Source: Phaeosaccion multiseriatum
Lineage: Eukaryota; Protista; Ochrophyta, other classes
Assembly: GCA_965112735.1 (NCBI GenBank)
Contig: OZ218959.1
Span: 2,914,001 to 2,978,000, forward strand
Length of the DNA: 64,000 bases
Reading direction: 5' to 3'
Numbering within the stretch: position 1 is the stretch's first letter; each line of letters begins with the position of its first letter. Below are positions 23,217 to 41,108 of the stretch, one piece after another. The notes below the pieces were generated by a model, which was not told where the DNA came from, did not search any database, and saw only the letters and a program-made list of their open reading frames with translations. Position numbers and translations under genes: made by a program.

Positions 23217-25369
23217 TTACTTCATCTTCTTGGCAGAAAGGTGTTGTTGCTTGCTAGTTTCCAGCAGACTCTGCCCCACGAGATAGAAGAGGAAGGCGCT
23301 AGCAGCGTAGAAGAACGGCACGGTCCAGAAGAGCACCGTCTGCAGGGGGACGCCTCCCTTCTCCTGCAGCAGTCCCATCAACAGGGGGGCCAAATTTCCC
23401 ACGGTAATGAGTGTGCTGAATATGCCTTGCGCCGTGCCTCGCATCTCCAACGGCACTGCCTCCTGCAGAATGGTCACCGTGGGCCCGAACCAGCACTCAG
23501 CCACCAGATACTCGGCAAAGAGAAAGGCCAGCGAGGTGTAAAAGTCAAAGCCGCTTACCACACCCATCCAGGTGGGCACGGCGAGGAGAGATCCCACCAT
23601 GGGCACCCAGGCTCGGACTCGCGGGTCTCGTGCTTTGAACTTATCGGCGAGGAATCCGCCGAGGAAGGAGGAGAGCACACCGCCCCCCGCCACCACAAAG
23701 GCGTTGATAAAGGCATACTGATCAGTGAAGGATGGGTAGGCCTGGCGGAAATAAGGGGCGCTCCAAATAGCAATCCCATAGCCCGCGCAGAATCGAAGTG
23801 CCCCTGCTGCAAACACCAGGGCGGCAGTCTTGTTGGACAGCACTTGCTGGAGAGACTCTTGCATGCCGAGATCGTGCCCCTCCTTCTTCCCCTTCTTCTT
23901 GTCCTCCTCCTCCTCCTCCTGCTCCTGTTGCTGCTCCTCCTCTCCTGCGGAGGTCTTGCCCTGCACCAGCACAAGAGTGAGCAGGGCCGTGGCGAGCCCC
24001 GTGGCCCCAATGATAATGCTGCTCTGCCTCCAGCCTATCCTGCTGTTCAGCGCCACAGTCAACGAGGCCAACGCGCCTCCCAAATACACCCCAGAGCTGA
24101 AAATTGAGTTGGCCGTACTCCGCACCGACGCTGGGAAAATGTCAGAGATGAGAGTGTATGAGACCGGGCTGGTAAAGGCCTGGGCAAGGCCCTGAGTCAC
24201 GCGAATGCCGAGGACTGCGCCGAACGACCCTGCAAAGCCTTGGCTAATGGTGGCCAGTGACCACACCACACATGGCACTACCAGTGCGGCCGTCTTGCTC
24301 CACACGTCCACTAAGCGCCCGGCAAAGAGGCTGCACACGCTGTACACTTTGTTTGTGGGGTTTGTTCAGGAAGGGAGAATGGGGCCGAAGGGAGGAGAGG
24401 GAGGAGAAAGCACAAGCAAAGGGTTGGTAACAAGTAGCTGAAAACCATCTTCTCTCTCTCTCTCTTCTGAGGCCACTTACGCAGGGTGAAGCCGAAGCTG
24501 GCCAGGAAGCTGTACTGGCCCTGGTCGAAGCCCAATGCAACATTCATGAACTCCTGAGCAGAGGAGGGGAGGAGGGAGGAGGAAGAGAGATGTCAGAGCT
24601 ATGGGGGAGGCGCTAGCAGAGGTCAGAGCTTAGTGTGCCAGGAGGGCCTTTGCGGGGCTACGCTTTCCCCATGGGCATCTGTCCTTGGGATCAGATGCAA
24701 CCCCTCCTGTCTCCCCCGTCTCACCTTGGCAGCCTCAGGCGTACTCTTGGCGCCAAAGTCTACGACATAGTAAATCAAACTCCTCGACAACTGATTGTTG
24801 ACGGAGACTAGCAGCAAGGAGCCGAGGATAATCCAGGAAAGCAGGGAGGGGGACTTGCGCTCGGTCTCCCCCGCATTTCCTTCCTCGCTCATCGCTACCC
24901 TGCTGCGGCTCCGACTAGCTCCTCCTCTGCTGCTCATGGCACTCCTACTCCAGCTACTTTCGGAGACAGGGCTTCCCCGAGTCCTACTAACTGACGAAAT
25001 GTCTTTCCTGCTGCTATGGTTGCCCTTCCTCCCGCCCAAAGACGAAGGCAAAGCGCTGACACAGAGAGGCCGACCAGGCCGTTGATGGTAGCTGCCGCGG
25101 CTCCTACTGCTTGCCCTCCCCCAGTGCGAGGGCTTCGCTTCCCTGCCAGACTGCTTACTATTTAGCCCGAGTGACGTGTTGCTTACTCTACCAGCACTGT
25201 GTGCAGTGCGGGACGGGGGCGCAAAGCCTCGTCGATCTGCTCCAGGCACGGCCACCTTCGCTCTCGCAGCAGCCGGGGTGAGAGTGCTCGGGCTCAAGGC
25301 GAGCACCACATAGGTATCGTAGCAGCTACTATAGACTACTGTCCCGAATACCAAGGGCGCAAGCTTCAT
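23217..25369 (-). CDS. MFS transporter (Spinster-like) with long N-terminal leader
   Basis: LYSVCSLFAGRLVDVWSK (MFS motif A), LGIRVTQGLAQAFTSPVSYTLISDIFPASVRSTANSIFSSGVYLGG, GGFLADKF. About 12 TM segments across exons. Confidence 0.85.
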
Positions 25370-25581
25370 GGAAGAGGGAAAAAAGCAGGCTTCAATTCAG
25401 GTGTGGTGGGGTACGTAATTTTTTTTTTGGTGGATCGTCGCACCATCTGTGACAAGTGCACCAGTTGTACTTCAAAGGAAGGGAGGATAAATGCCCACTC
25501 TTTCCCAATTAACACACCCACACGCTCATACGATTGATAGGCGAGGAGAGATCTTTCTGTCCTGGAGAGAAGAGTTCAGGG

Positions 25582-27312
25582 ATGGAGGCCGAGGTGTTCC
25601 AAAGGCTCGACCCAAAGAGCTTCTACCGCAAGTTTTTGGCGCAGAGCATTCGGCCTGATGGCCGGGGCTTGCACGAGTATCGCTCGCTGTCCGTCAGCAG
25701 CGGGGTGCTGTCCAGCAAGCATGTGGCGGCGTCTGCGCTGGTGACGGTGGGGAGCACCAAGGTACTGGCCGGTGTGACGCTGCAGGTGGGCCAACCCGCG
25801 CAGGTCACGCCCAACTCAGGCGACATGGGTGAGTGTTGGCCTGAGGCGGGTCTGGTGCTGGCGACAATGCCCGTCCCTCTTGTCCAGTGCAGGGGCCATA
25901 CGCATGATGGAAGTCATGCTTGGCTGGTCCAGCTTCTTGCCCCCCTCTCTTTCCTCATGCCTATATCGACCCCTTCCTGTGTTGCCCTGAACTCCGTCGA
26001 TGTACTACAGAGGTGAAGGTGCACCTGACACCTCTCTGCTCAGCCAAGTTCGCGCACGCAGGGCACGTGTCCGCAGAAGCGCTGGTTGTGGAGAGCGCCA
26101 TCAGAGACGCCATATTTGGGTGAGCGAGCAGCGAGCTCTTCAATGACCTGAGTTTGAGTTTGACTGGACTGTTCTGGCCGGCCTTCCGTTCCCCATTTGC
26201 TCTCAGGCGTCCTACTTTCACCTGAAATGAGATGCATCCCCTCTCTCCTTCCCCTTCTCCTCGTGCCTAATCCTTCTACTCGTGCCTTATAAACCCTCTG
26301 AATGTATCCGTGACTGACTGCCCATCGCCATCACCAGGTCGGGGGCCGTCCAAAGGGAGGACTTATGTATAGAGCAAGGGAAGCATGCGTGGAAGCTGTG
26401 CGTGGATGTAACTTGTCTAAACCACGAAGGCAACCTCATGGATGCCGCCCTGATGAGTGTGGTGTCGTGCATGCAGCAGCTGGTGCTGCCGGAGACTGTG
26501 GAGGGAGAGGACGGAAAGCTCATGATCAAAAAGGAAGGTGCGTTTCAGTTTGCTTGACCTTGATGGCTCAACTACCCATGAGGAGTGTGAGATATCGACA
26601 CGTCCTTGAGCTCATGAACGCTGTGTGGGCGCGTGCGCTGGAGCTCTCAACGAGAAGGGGGATGCAACCCCCCTGCCCCTGCAGCGGCAAGGTGCTTTGG
26701 CCTGACCCTACTCGCTACACTTGCCTCTGTGGATGTGTGGCTCGCGAGATGGGCTACATGACCTGAATCGGGCCTTTCGCCCCACCCCTCGCCCCATCGA
26801 GTTGGCCCCATCCTGCCGCCGAGGGCCCCTTTTCATTCTTTCACCTCTCACCTCCCCTTCACTTGGAGATGTCTCTTCTCCTCCTGCTCTCTTCTCCTCC
26901 TCCCCCTCACTCATTCTGAACATCCTCCCCCTCCTGCTCCTCCAACTCGTTGTTTTGGTGCTGTGTGGGGCCTTTGTATGTATTAGGCGGAGACGGTGTA
27001 CAGGGAGGCAAGCCGTTGGTTCTCCAGCACGTGCCTGTGCCCCTGACCTGTGGCATTTTCGACCGTTCCGTCATAGTGGACCCAACACTGCTCGAAGAAG
27101 ATTTACTCTCCGCCACGGTCACTCTCGCCCTCGCGGACAAGGGACAGGTGTGCTTTGCCCTGAAACCGGGCGGCGGCTGTCTGTCAGGGGCCCAGTTGGC
27201 CGAATGCGTCCAACGGGCAAAGGCGCATGTGGGGGTGGGTCTCCAGGCACTTCAGCTGGCGACGGCGTCTTCGACTTCGCCTTCGTCGTCAGCGGCTCCC
27301 TCACTACGATAG
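25582..27312 (+). CDS. RRP43: Exosome complex component RRP43 (RNase PH-like), 4 exons
   Basis: MEAEVFQRLDPKSFYRKFLAQSIRPDGR, SALVTVGSTKVLAGV, DLCIEQGKHAWKLCVDVTCLNHEGNLMDAAL, VIVDPTLLEE. Confidence 0.88.
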
Positions 27313-28057
27313 CCCAACCTCCACATGCGCCTCCTACACGATTAGCGTGGACGAGGTGGACTGTGAACTGGGGGGGGGGCTTTTCTCACAGTGGGGTGGA
27401 GGAGAGGGGTGGGGGGCGGGGCGGCAGCAGAGGATTGTAGACGCACTGCCGTGTACACTCTTGTACTTTGTGAAGAAGCCGCGTCAATCACTCTCGTGGA
27501 AAGACACCCAACGAAACAGGACGGTGCTTTGCTGCCCTGCGTGTGAGCAAGGGCATGATACCCGGCGGCAAAGAAAGCCCATGTACCGGCACAACAGACA
27601 CCGTCAAAGGAAAAGCACACGGCACTCCAAACCTTTGCACTTAATCGTATCGTAGAGTGTTGTTGGAACACATGGACGAAGTGTGTGTATGTATGGACGA
27701 AGCATGGTTATGTACTATGTGTGTGCGGCCAACCCGCTCCCGCTCCCACTCTGCTCTTCAATACAGGACGTCATTTCTTCATCTGTGTATCTGACGTTGT
27801 ACCCACAGGCAGTCGTCCGTGTGCGGACTGCCTCCGCTGTGGATGTGTGCGTGTGAGGGGGGGGGGGGTGCTTGCTTCTGGCGAGGCCACATTTGCTTCT
27901 CCTTCTCCTTCTCCTCCTCCTCCTCCTGCTCCTGCTCCTGCTGCTATTGCTGCTGCTACAAACGCCCCCCCTCCCACTTTCTCCCTTTTGCTGGTGCCCA
28001 ATGCGCACAAACTAAAAGCAAACTCAGCATGGGCGTCTAACAATCTCCCTCCCCTCC

Positions 28058-28270
28058 CTATCTTACTAAGTCACTCGCCAACGGCCCTCCCCCTCCCCCT
28101 GCTGAAGTCTTTAGTTTCTTCGCAGGCCGATCGGCATGCTTGCTGCCGCTCCCTTGCCCCCTGGAACATCTCTCCCCCGTGCCCTCCTCGTCCCCCTCCT
28201 CCTCTTTCACCCTCACGTCTTCGTTTTCACTCGCTTGCACCTCGGCGACGGCGACCGCTCCCACCGGCTT

Positions 28271-28301
<31 letters not shown>

Positions 28302-29807
28302 GGTGGGTGTGACTGGGGACTGTCCTCGTCTTGGAACTGCGTGCCTGCCTCCAGCGCCAGTTGTGAAAGGTCTTTGACACCCAAATCCCTATAGGCTCCA
28401 AGCCCCACCTGCTTTGCATTCTCGACCACCTGCTCCAGCCCGTTCCGATAGGGGCAGTCCTCCTTCAAATGCCCCAACACTTCTTCAAAGAGCGCCTGCG
28501 TCTCCTTGGTCAGCGTGAGCATTTGCTGATACTGCGTGAAGGGCTGAATGTCCACCACCCGCTGCATGTACTTTGCCCTCGTCATGTATCCCGTCCATCG
28601 GTCGTGCTTCTTGAGGATCTTACTGTAGGCGTAGTACGTCATGACAATCCAGTGCTCCAGTCGCAGCGCATCTCGAAACACCTCAGCACACGCCCTGGCC
28701 ACTGCTATCCAGACTGTGTCCTCCTCGGTAGACACCTGCTGGGGACCCGCCTGCTGCTGCTCCTCGCCGCCCCACTCCTCCCGGCCTCCTCCCCCTCCTC
28801 CTCCTCCTCCTCTTCCTCCTCCTCCCCCCCCCTCTCCTCCCCCTTCTTCTCCTCCTCCTCCTCCTCCTCCTCCTCCTCCTCCTCTTCCTCCTCCTCCTCC
28901 TCCTTCTCCCTTCATCTTCTTCTCCTGCTGCTGCTGTTTTAGCTCCATTGTGCGCGTGAGGGCGTGGACAGCTTCCTGTTCCAGAAGCCTCCGGTTGCCC
29001 TCCAGGGAACGCGTGAATTGAAAGGCCAATTGCAAGTTCCTATGGAGCGCGAGAAGGCACACACGAACACGCAGGGCAGGAGGAGGGGGGTGCAAAAGGT
29101 TGTTTCGTCAACATTCGTCTCTCTTTCTCTGGGTCTCTGTGGGGCTAGCAAGAGCACTACACACAATGTATCTTGGCATCACCGTAGGGTTGGAAAGGAC
29201 ACCCCCTTGACACGCTGTGTGCGCAGTCAAAAAAAAAAGAAGCAATACGAGATGGAACGGTGTAAACAGACCAAGGAAGGGGGAGCCGAGTCGCAGCAAT
29301 CTCCTTGCACGTGTGGTGCTGCTCCAAATTCAAGCCGCCTGCCCTTCATTTGGGGCAGGACTAACCATGTATCTCACAGGGCCGACACTTCTGCACGTAC
29401 TTGATCCGAAGCCGGAACTGCTTCTCCACCGTCGTGAAGAAAGAGCTGCTCTTCTTGATCTCCATGTCAAGGATGCGGAAGAACTCCACCTCCCCCACAC
29501 ACCCCTTCAGTGCCGCTACTGACGTTGCCTTCTCCGCGGCCCGGACTTCCGTCGTCCCCACTGGCGACATGGCCTTCACTTGCTGCGAGGCACACACACG
29601 GGTACACAGTCGGGGGGCGGGGGGGGCGATCGTGGAGCGGGGAGAGAGAGAGATTCAGGCTATGGGTAGGGAGGCTATTGTTCCTTTGGCAGCTGTCCAA
29701 CACACCAACCAACAAACCTGCTTGAGTCTCCTGTAGTTGATCCAGAAGGGCGCCCATTCTGGCAGCGATTTGCTCGCCTCCTGATCGAGCCGCTCCCCAA
29801 ACTTCAT
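28058..29807 (-). CDS. SPX-domain protein (phosphate/inositol-pyrophosphate sensing), 3 exons
   Basis: MKFGERLDQEASKSLPEWAPFWINYRRLK (exon 1, absent from ORF track), EFFRILDMEIKKSSSFF, LEHWIVMTYYAYSKILKKHDRWTG. All three SPX helical motifs, including KILKKHD. Confidence 0.9.
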
Positions 29808-30272
29808 GTCTTAAACCCCTCTGCTACGCTCCCCTACTAACCACCAGCGCGAAAGAAGGGGAGGAACTGTAATGTACGACGCACCCACGCCAATTTTTGA
29901 TCTGGACGACACGAGGCCCCCCTAGCGCCGCAAAACCATGGAAGCGCGCAGAGATAGCAGCAGTGGGGTGGAGAGAGATTTCCCTTTGCGTAGGCGTCTC
30001 TCTGTAGACTTTGTTTTACCTCTGCCTGTTCAATGTGAATATGTCATTCCCATGGAGGAATGAAATCGCTTGGGCTTGGGGAAGTTACGTAAGGATGTAG
30101 CGGCCGGGGAGGTGGGGGAAGAAGAAGAGGTAGGAAGGAGGGTAGGGTGCGGGAGGTGTGGTCCATCAAGTGTTGGAAAAACAGGGCAGGGGGCGAGCAA
30201 TCTCCCCCCTTCTTCTTCAGGTCTTTGATAAAGCTCAGAACTTCTTATACATTTACATTTGAGTGTTGGCTG

Positions 30273-30843
30273 TTAAATGGGGTTGTCGTTGATCAGGCTA
30301 TGCGAGGGTTGTGTCTCGCAAAGTGCCGACTTGGCCCTTCCGTCGCGCAGAGCCCTCCGCAGGGCCTCCTCCACGTGGCGGGGCTCCAGAGGGGGAAGCC
30401 CCACCCCCGCCCCCCCCCCTCCTCCTCCTCCTCCTCCTCCTCCTCCTCCTCCTCCTCCTCCTGCGGCTCCTGTCGTCCCCGCCTGCTGCCCCTCTCCCTG
30501 TCCCTTCCCCTCCTGGAGCCGGCTCCGCTCCTCCTCCTCCTGCTGCACCACCCTGGCCCCTTCTACAAGCATCCCCACATACATCTTGGCCATACTCCCC
30601 AGCACTATGATGGTGGGTTCTCTGATGCTCCGTTGCCTGGACAACCTTGCTGCCTCTGCCGCGGCTTGGGCTGCTGTGTGCTGATTGTTGCCTGTCCCTG
30701 GTGCTGCTGCTGCTGCTGGGCGTGCAGCGGAGGGCAGCTGGACAGGGTGGGCAGGGTCTCTGGCGACGGCTTCTTCGACAATCTGCAAGCAGGTAGGCAG
30801 GTAGGCAGGTAGACAGGTAGACAAGACAGAGAGAGAGACAGGA

Positions 30844-30875
<32 letters not shown>

Positions 30876-31317
30876 CGGAGACCAGGTGAACGACAGACAC
30901 AAGGAAGAGAGAGAGCAGCAAAGAGGGATGAGAGAACCAAAGGCAAATAGCAAAGTCAGGGTCAGGGTCAGGAGAAGAGCGACCCCGGGGCGAGGGCAGG
31001 GGCGGAGAGACTGTGTGGATGAGGAGGAGGAGGAGGAGGAGGATGGAGGAGGAGCGAGCGCGAGCAGGGGAGGGGGGAGAGAGTGCGTATGCTGCCCCCT
31101 TCACTTCCAGCACGTAAGAAGCTGGACATACCGCTCGGATCGCTCCCAGATCGAAGTGGCTCCTTCTCCAGGCGAGAAACCGGTTGTATTGAGCCGGACT
31201 CATGGCCTCCAGCTGCCTCAAGTTCTCGCTCACCTTGGGCGGCCCAGAGTGGCCTCTCTGACCCGATGAGACGCTCCGTTGAATCGGCGGGTACTGCTGC
31301 TGTTGCTGCGGCGGGTA

Positions 31318-31376
<59 letters not shown>

Positions 31377-32227
31377 GCATCCCGCTGGCCGAGCCTTGGC
31401 TACTTCGCCCCAGGCCCATCCCGAGAAGGCCCGTGCCTCCCCCTGCTGCTGCGGCGCCCTCCACAGCACTGCTGCTCTGCCCCGGCTGCGGGGTCCGTCT
31501 CGCATCCCCCAAGCCCCCAAGCCCTGCCAGGAGACCACTACCGCCACTACCACCCCCTCCTCCCAGCCCGCTCAAGCCGCCGAGACCGCCGTTGCTCCGA
31601 CTGCTACTAACTGTACTACTAGTGCCCGTGTTGGTGCTTCCAAGCCCAGCCAAGCCTCTCCCTCCACCACCCCCCAAGCCTCCCAGCGGCCCTAACCCAC
31701 GCAAGGCCGCAGGATCTGCTGCTTGAATGGTTGGTGGAGAGCCCATCCTCTCTCGGCTCTTCTTAGCCTGACTTTCGCTCTCGCTCTCCGTACTTGGAGC
31801 GCTGGGGGCACTCTGGGGTAAACCCAAGCCTGTTGACACCGAGAGGATGGGGCGGGGGCAGGGTGAGGGGATTACGGGGGCGCTAGAGAGGGGAGGAGAG
31901 AGCAGAGATGCAGGCAAGAATAGGGGACTCAAAAGACCCTGGAAGGTGGCAAGGCAAGGGACAATAGAGAGAGTTTGAGAGATTGGGGGAGAGAGCTGGG
32001 GGGGAAGAGGCGATGTGAATGAGTCGGAGAGGGGGTCGAGAGGGAAATCCGGAGGAGAGAGAGAGACACGAAGACGAGCAAAACACGCACGAAAGGGAAG
32101 AAGGGTTTGCAAAGGAGAGAGAGATCGAGAGACAGACAGAGGGACGAGGGAGAGAGAGCGCTCTTTTCTGGCTCTTACCTGGTAAGCCATCCTCTGGCCT
32201 CGGTCTCTTCCCACCAAGATTCTGCAT
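30273..32227 (-). CDS. TAF11: TFIID subunit TAF11 (TAFII28)
   Basis: LEAMSPAQYNRFLAWRRSHF...IIVLGSMAKMYVGMLVEGARVVQ...PLEPRHVEEALRR matches the hTAFII28 histone fold. The start exon is inferred from the GTAAG donor at ~32178. Confidence 0.85.
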
Positions 32228-32534
32228 GGCTTCCACTCTTGGTGCTTCTGCCTCCCTCCTTGTCTCGCTGCAAGGCGATGGCGATCAAGCTAAGACAGGG
32301 GGAAGAAGGGGGCGGGGGGTGCGGCTTCCGTCCTTGTGGTTCATCCTCGCCTTCCTTGGTAAGGAAATTCCCTCTCCTCAATTGCCATCTGTGTAGCCCT
32401 CTCTGCCCCCCGGGGTACAATTTGTCGCTTCGAGGTTGAGAGTTTGAATTTAGGGTCCTTCCCCCTCCTCGTCACCCTCGAACACTTCTCGTGGTCTAAG
32501 AAGCGCGAGCCGAAGGTGCAGCCAGCAGCATAGG

Positions 32535-33862
32535 ATGACTTCGGTATGGTGTAGAAGTGGGGCCTTTGCGGCTTTGCTCGTGTGCGCTCCGGTGATACAG
32601 GCCTTTGTGCCTTCGGGTATTGTCCCGTCGCAACCCGCCCGTCCTTCCACCTCCTTCTCCTCCCTTTCATCACCCTGGTCCGCTGCAGCTGGCGGAGGAA
32701 GGAGTCTTAATGCTAGGTCTACAGTAGGTACAAGAGCCGCAGCCGCAGCAGCAGAAGCAGCAGCAGGAGCAGCACCAGCTGCGGCGGTGGCCGATGGCGA
32801 GGGCGTGGCTGTGCACAAGTACCAAGGCTTGGGCAATGACTTCATCCTCATCGACAACCGACAGACCGCAGACCCGGTGCTCACTCCGGAGCAGTCCGCC
32901 CGGCTGTGCGACCGGAACTTCGGTGTAGGGGGGGACGGCGTCATCTTTGCCCTGCCCGGCGCCAAGGGGCTCGACTACTCGATGCGCATCTACAACTCCG
33001 ATGGGTCGGAGCCGGAGATGTGCGGCAATGGGATTCGGTGCATGGCTCGATTCCTCGCGGACTTGGAGGGAAAGAAGGATGCTGAGTACTCCATCCACAC
33101 CCTCGCGGGGCCCATCGTGCCGGTGGTGCGACCCGACGGCCAGGTGGGTGGATGGGTGGGCGTGTGGATGGATGAAAGGGGAGGCAGTCAGGCCCGAGTA
33201 GTTGGTCGTGCAATTGCCCTTTGACTTCCTCTTCTCTTGTAGCCCAACACGCGAGACCACTCGACCAAACAGCGAGCCAGTCAGCTGAAAACAAACGAGC
33301 AAACTAAACCTCTTCGGCTCCCCCCCCCCCCCAACGGTCCCGTCCCGATCAGGTGACCGTCGACATGGGGCTGCCCATCCTGAAGGGGGCAGAGGTGCCC
33401 ACCACGCTCCCCGAGGACCCTGATACCGGCCGAGTGGTCAAGGCCCCTCTGCAGGTAGCTGGGCAGGACTGGGAGGTGACATGCGTGAGCATGGGCAACC
33501 CCCACGCTATTGTGTTCGTCGACGACCTGGACGCTGTAGACTTGGCCACGGTAGGGCCTCAGTTTGAGACCAATGCCGCATTTCCAGCCAAGATCAACAC
33601 GGAGTTTGTGCAAGTCATGGCGAGGGATCACCTTCGCATGAAGGTGTGGGAGAGGGGCGCAGGCCCCACGCTGGCCTGTGGAACAGGGGCATGTGCCCTG
33701 TTGGTGGCGGCGGTCCTGAATGGACTGAGTGATCGGACGGCCACTGTCTCGCTGCCAGGGGGTGACTTGATCATCGAGTGGCGGGAAGAGGATGGCAAGA
33801 TTTACATGACGGGGCCGGCACAGCACGTCTTTGGGGCCACTGCCACTGTTGAGACGGTCTAG
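32535..33862 (+). CDS. dapF: Diaminopimelate epimerase, plastid-targeted (one intron)
   Basis: [49 protein letters not shown]. Signal peptide ending VIQA-FVP followed by a Ser-rich transit peptide. Confidence 0.96.
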
Positions 33863-33872
33863 AGAGGTAGGG

Positions 33873-33903
<31 letters not shown>

Positions 33904-35532
33904 CGAAGACACGACCGACCGCAGGGCAGAGAGAGAGAGAGACAGAGAATCAACCACATCGAAGAAAGGCGCTTTTCCGGCATGGCTCTGGGTCTTCTTT
34001 TTACAGAAGAGGCAGGTGTGCGGTAGCTGCGTATTGCAGTTGCCATGATGGAAGGCGGAGAGACGAGAAGGACAAGAGGAGAGGATGCGGCGGTGGAGCA
34101 AATAGACTACAATAGAGAAGGAGAGCAGATAGACTAGAATAGAGAAGGAGACAGACAGCATGACGGGGTAGCATGGCGCATGGGATGATGCACTGCACTC
34201 CTGCTCTGGTGTGTGTGGGGGGGTTGCTTCCCTTGGCGACGACGTGTGTGGTGGCCAAAGTCACACATTCTGAAACGGCACGCACACGCAGCACGCGTGA
34301 TTGTGTGGAGGTGAAAGGGGTGGTGGTGGTGGTGGTGGTGGTGGTGATAGACGGGAGAGCGTGGCCGGCCGCAGGGTGCTGAGAACGAGAAAGGGAGTCA
34401 GGAAAGAGGGGGGGAGTGAGTGAGTGAGATAGGCAGAGACAGACACACACACACACACAGAGAGCGGCGTAAGCAGCCCGATTGATTCTCTCTTTCCCCC
34501 CCACGTGCTTTCTGTGCGCGGAGGAGAGTGCAGCGTGACATGGACAACCGTCCCTCTCCAGAGGGCTCCTCCATCAAGGCTCGTATGGTGCCATCTGGAG
34601 CACAGAGGAGCGATGGGCCATGGGCTGCCCTGCCTGCGCTGCGCTGCTCCGCCCGACATCGGAGGCTGCTGCTATCTAGTGTGAGTTTGCGTTTCAGCGT
34701 CTCAGTGACCACCCCCCATCACGAACGGGGTTGAGAATTTACAGGCGTTGCTTCTTCGGCTCTGTCGAATTTGTTGGCGACCTCTCTGCAGGGTGGAAAA
34801 GGATGCGGCAGGCAGCGGCAGCCGGCCGCCTGAAAGGGTTATCTCCCTAAATTTCTCAATAGACAGCCATTTCATCTTTTTGTGGCATCTGCCATAGCGG
34901 TGGTCAGAGGAGGCAGCAGAGAGAGCCGGGGCGGGTTTCCTGCTGCAAGTGAGGGAGAAATCGAGCCTGCAGGAGATCAAAGACGTTTCTTCGCCCCCCT
35001 TCTCTTTCCTCTCCCACTCTTCCCGATCCTCTTGACCCGATGCAAACACGGACGGCAAGAATCCTTGCCCCTCTGAAAATGATAAGTCGAGTCCGAGAGG
35101 AAGGCGAGCTGTGGATTTGTTACGCGTTCTTTTTCAACGTGCGTAAGGCGAATCGACAGCAAACCGTTCTATGACTCGATTTCTCTCTCTTTGCCGGAGA
35201 GAGGTAGTTTTTCGCCCCCCCCCCCTTTTATCCTTTCTCTCGCACTGTCCTCGAAGCCTCTTAGCCAATGCACACACCAATATGAAGCAAGAAGAACCCT
35301 CCTGCAACAAGAAACCAAGTGAGAGGGGGCAAGCCAGACATCGGTTTCGCGTGAAACACAAATCCGACAACCGGCTTGCTTTCCTCATTCACTCGACTTC
35401 TCTCTTGCGGGAGAGAGGTGCTTCGCCGCCCCCCCCTTCTCATTTCTCTCGCACTCTCCCCGAAGCCTCTTGGACGGGGAAAAGTCGAAGAGCGGCGCTG
35501 CCCAGGCTCTCTCGAAAAACAAGAAAGAAGCG

Positions 35533-35603
35533 GTCCGTCGGTCGGTCCGTCGGTCGGTCCGTCGGTCGGTCGGTCGGTCGGTCGGTCGGTCGGTCGGTCG
35601 GTC
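35533..35603. repeat. (GGTC)n tetranucleotide repeat
   Basis: Read directly, in the convergent intergenic region. Confidence 0.9.
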
Positions 35604-36149
35604 GACGGTGTCTTCACAGATGTGCGTCTTGTCATAGAACCTCGGGGGGGAGCGCCTCGCTTCCCTTCCCCTCCCATCCCAACTCATCTTAACTTCCGCA
35701 ATGGTCGAAGAGTACCCAACTTTAGGTACCACACTTTCTTCCTTGGCTCATCACGGGGGCCTCGACTCTGTCAAAGGGGCATTCCTGCCATCCCTCTGCT
35801 CGACTCTAGACTCCCCGTCGTTCCACCCTTGTTTGCCCATTCACTGTCCCTGAGCAGCAGCAGCAAGCAGCTGCACAAAAAGCGGCCGAATGAACTCCTT
35901 CCCTTCCCTTCCCTTCCCTTCCCTCCCGCCCTGCTGCAGCTACATAGCAGGGAAATCACAGAGCGTGTGATGTGGTGTGTCCAAGGGATAACAAGGCCTT
36001 GAGCCGCGCTTTCGACTGCCATCCACACTGACTGCCACAAAAGCCAGCCGCAGATACGTCTCTCCTGGCCACAAAAACGGCACCCCGCTCATCAGTTGCC
36101 ATCCACACCCTTTTGCTTTGTACGGCTGGGCTTGTAGAAGCATCAAGCC

Positions 36150-40186
<4,037 letters not shown>

Positions 40187-40504
40187 GTGCAGTGTGGAAG
40201 GCACAACACCCCTTAAAGACACCTGAGGCGACTGAGCGGCGCGATCACAGCACAAGAGAGGAGGTGGGGAGAGGGGATTTAGTTGACTTGAGTACAGTAC
40301 ATGGTGTCAGCATTTCAATTTTAGCTCTCCTCCACCGCCCGTAGGAGGGAGCTTCTCCCTCTTCTCTCTCTTCTCTTGCCTCTTGTTTGACGCTCATTGT
40401 CTCCTGCTCGCTCCGAGTGGAGAGGAGGCAGGAGCCGCCAGGCGGCGAGGCCAACCTTCACCACCCATCCCCCCGTTTGCGCAGCCAAAAGGGAGGAGGT
40501 GGAA

Positions 40505-41075
40505 ATGGTGCTCGCTGCTCGCCTCGACGCTTTGCTCGAGCCACTGGGACTATCCCTGCCCGCCTCGTGGCCAGAATGGGCGCTCAACTGCTTCCTGAGC
40601 CTGAGTGTCCTCTGCGGTGGGATAATTTTGCTGCAGTGTCAAATATCTTACCTGCTCGACAAGCGCAAGAACAAGAGTAGTAGTAGTAGAGAGGAGAAGG
40701 AAGAGGAGCAGCAGCAGCACCGCCAGGGGGAGTTCCGCCGCTTTCAGGCGCTGTACCTGGTGCCGTATATGCTGATCATGCTTGCCGACTGGCTGCAGGG
40801 CACCAACATGTACACTCTGTACCAAAGCTACGGGGTGGACGTGGGCACGCTCTTCCTCACGGGCTTCAGCAGCAGCGCCATCTTCGGCTCTTTCCTGGGC
40901 CTGCTAGTTGACAAGTAAGGTACTTATGTGTGTGCAACGCTGCTGCTTCTATGATACCCCCATCATCTCTCTCTCTCTCTCCCTCTTCTAATCCCGGTAT
41001 GCAAGTGTTGTGAACGTGGTGCATGTGTGCGTGCCTGGGTGCCTATGCTTTGCTTCGGCTCTCTTGATGCTGCTT

Positions 41076-41108
<33 letters not shown>

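Noticed and set aside
153-27312. DCP2 and RRP43 as an RNA-decay gene cluster
   Set aside because: 25 kb apart among unrelated genes; no evidence beyond coincidence.
23217-29807. SPX and MFS genes on the same strand as a possible plant-like SPX-MFS fusion
   Set aside because: SPX has its own stop (28058), MFS has its own start and leader, and RRP43 lies between them.
34830-34860. CCCTAAA as a telomerase RNA template
   Set aside because: Shorter than 1.5 repeats and no supporting structure identified.
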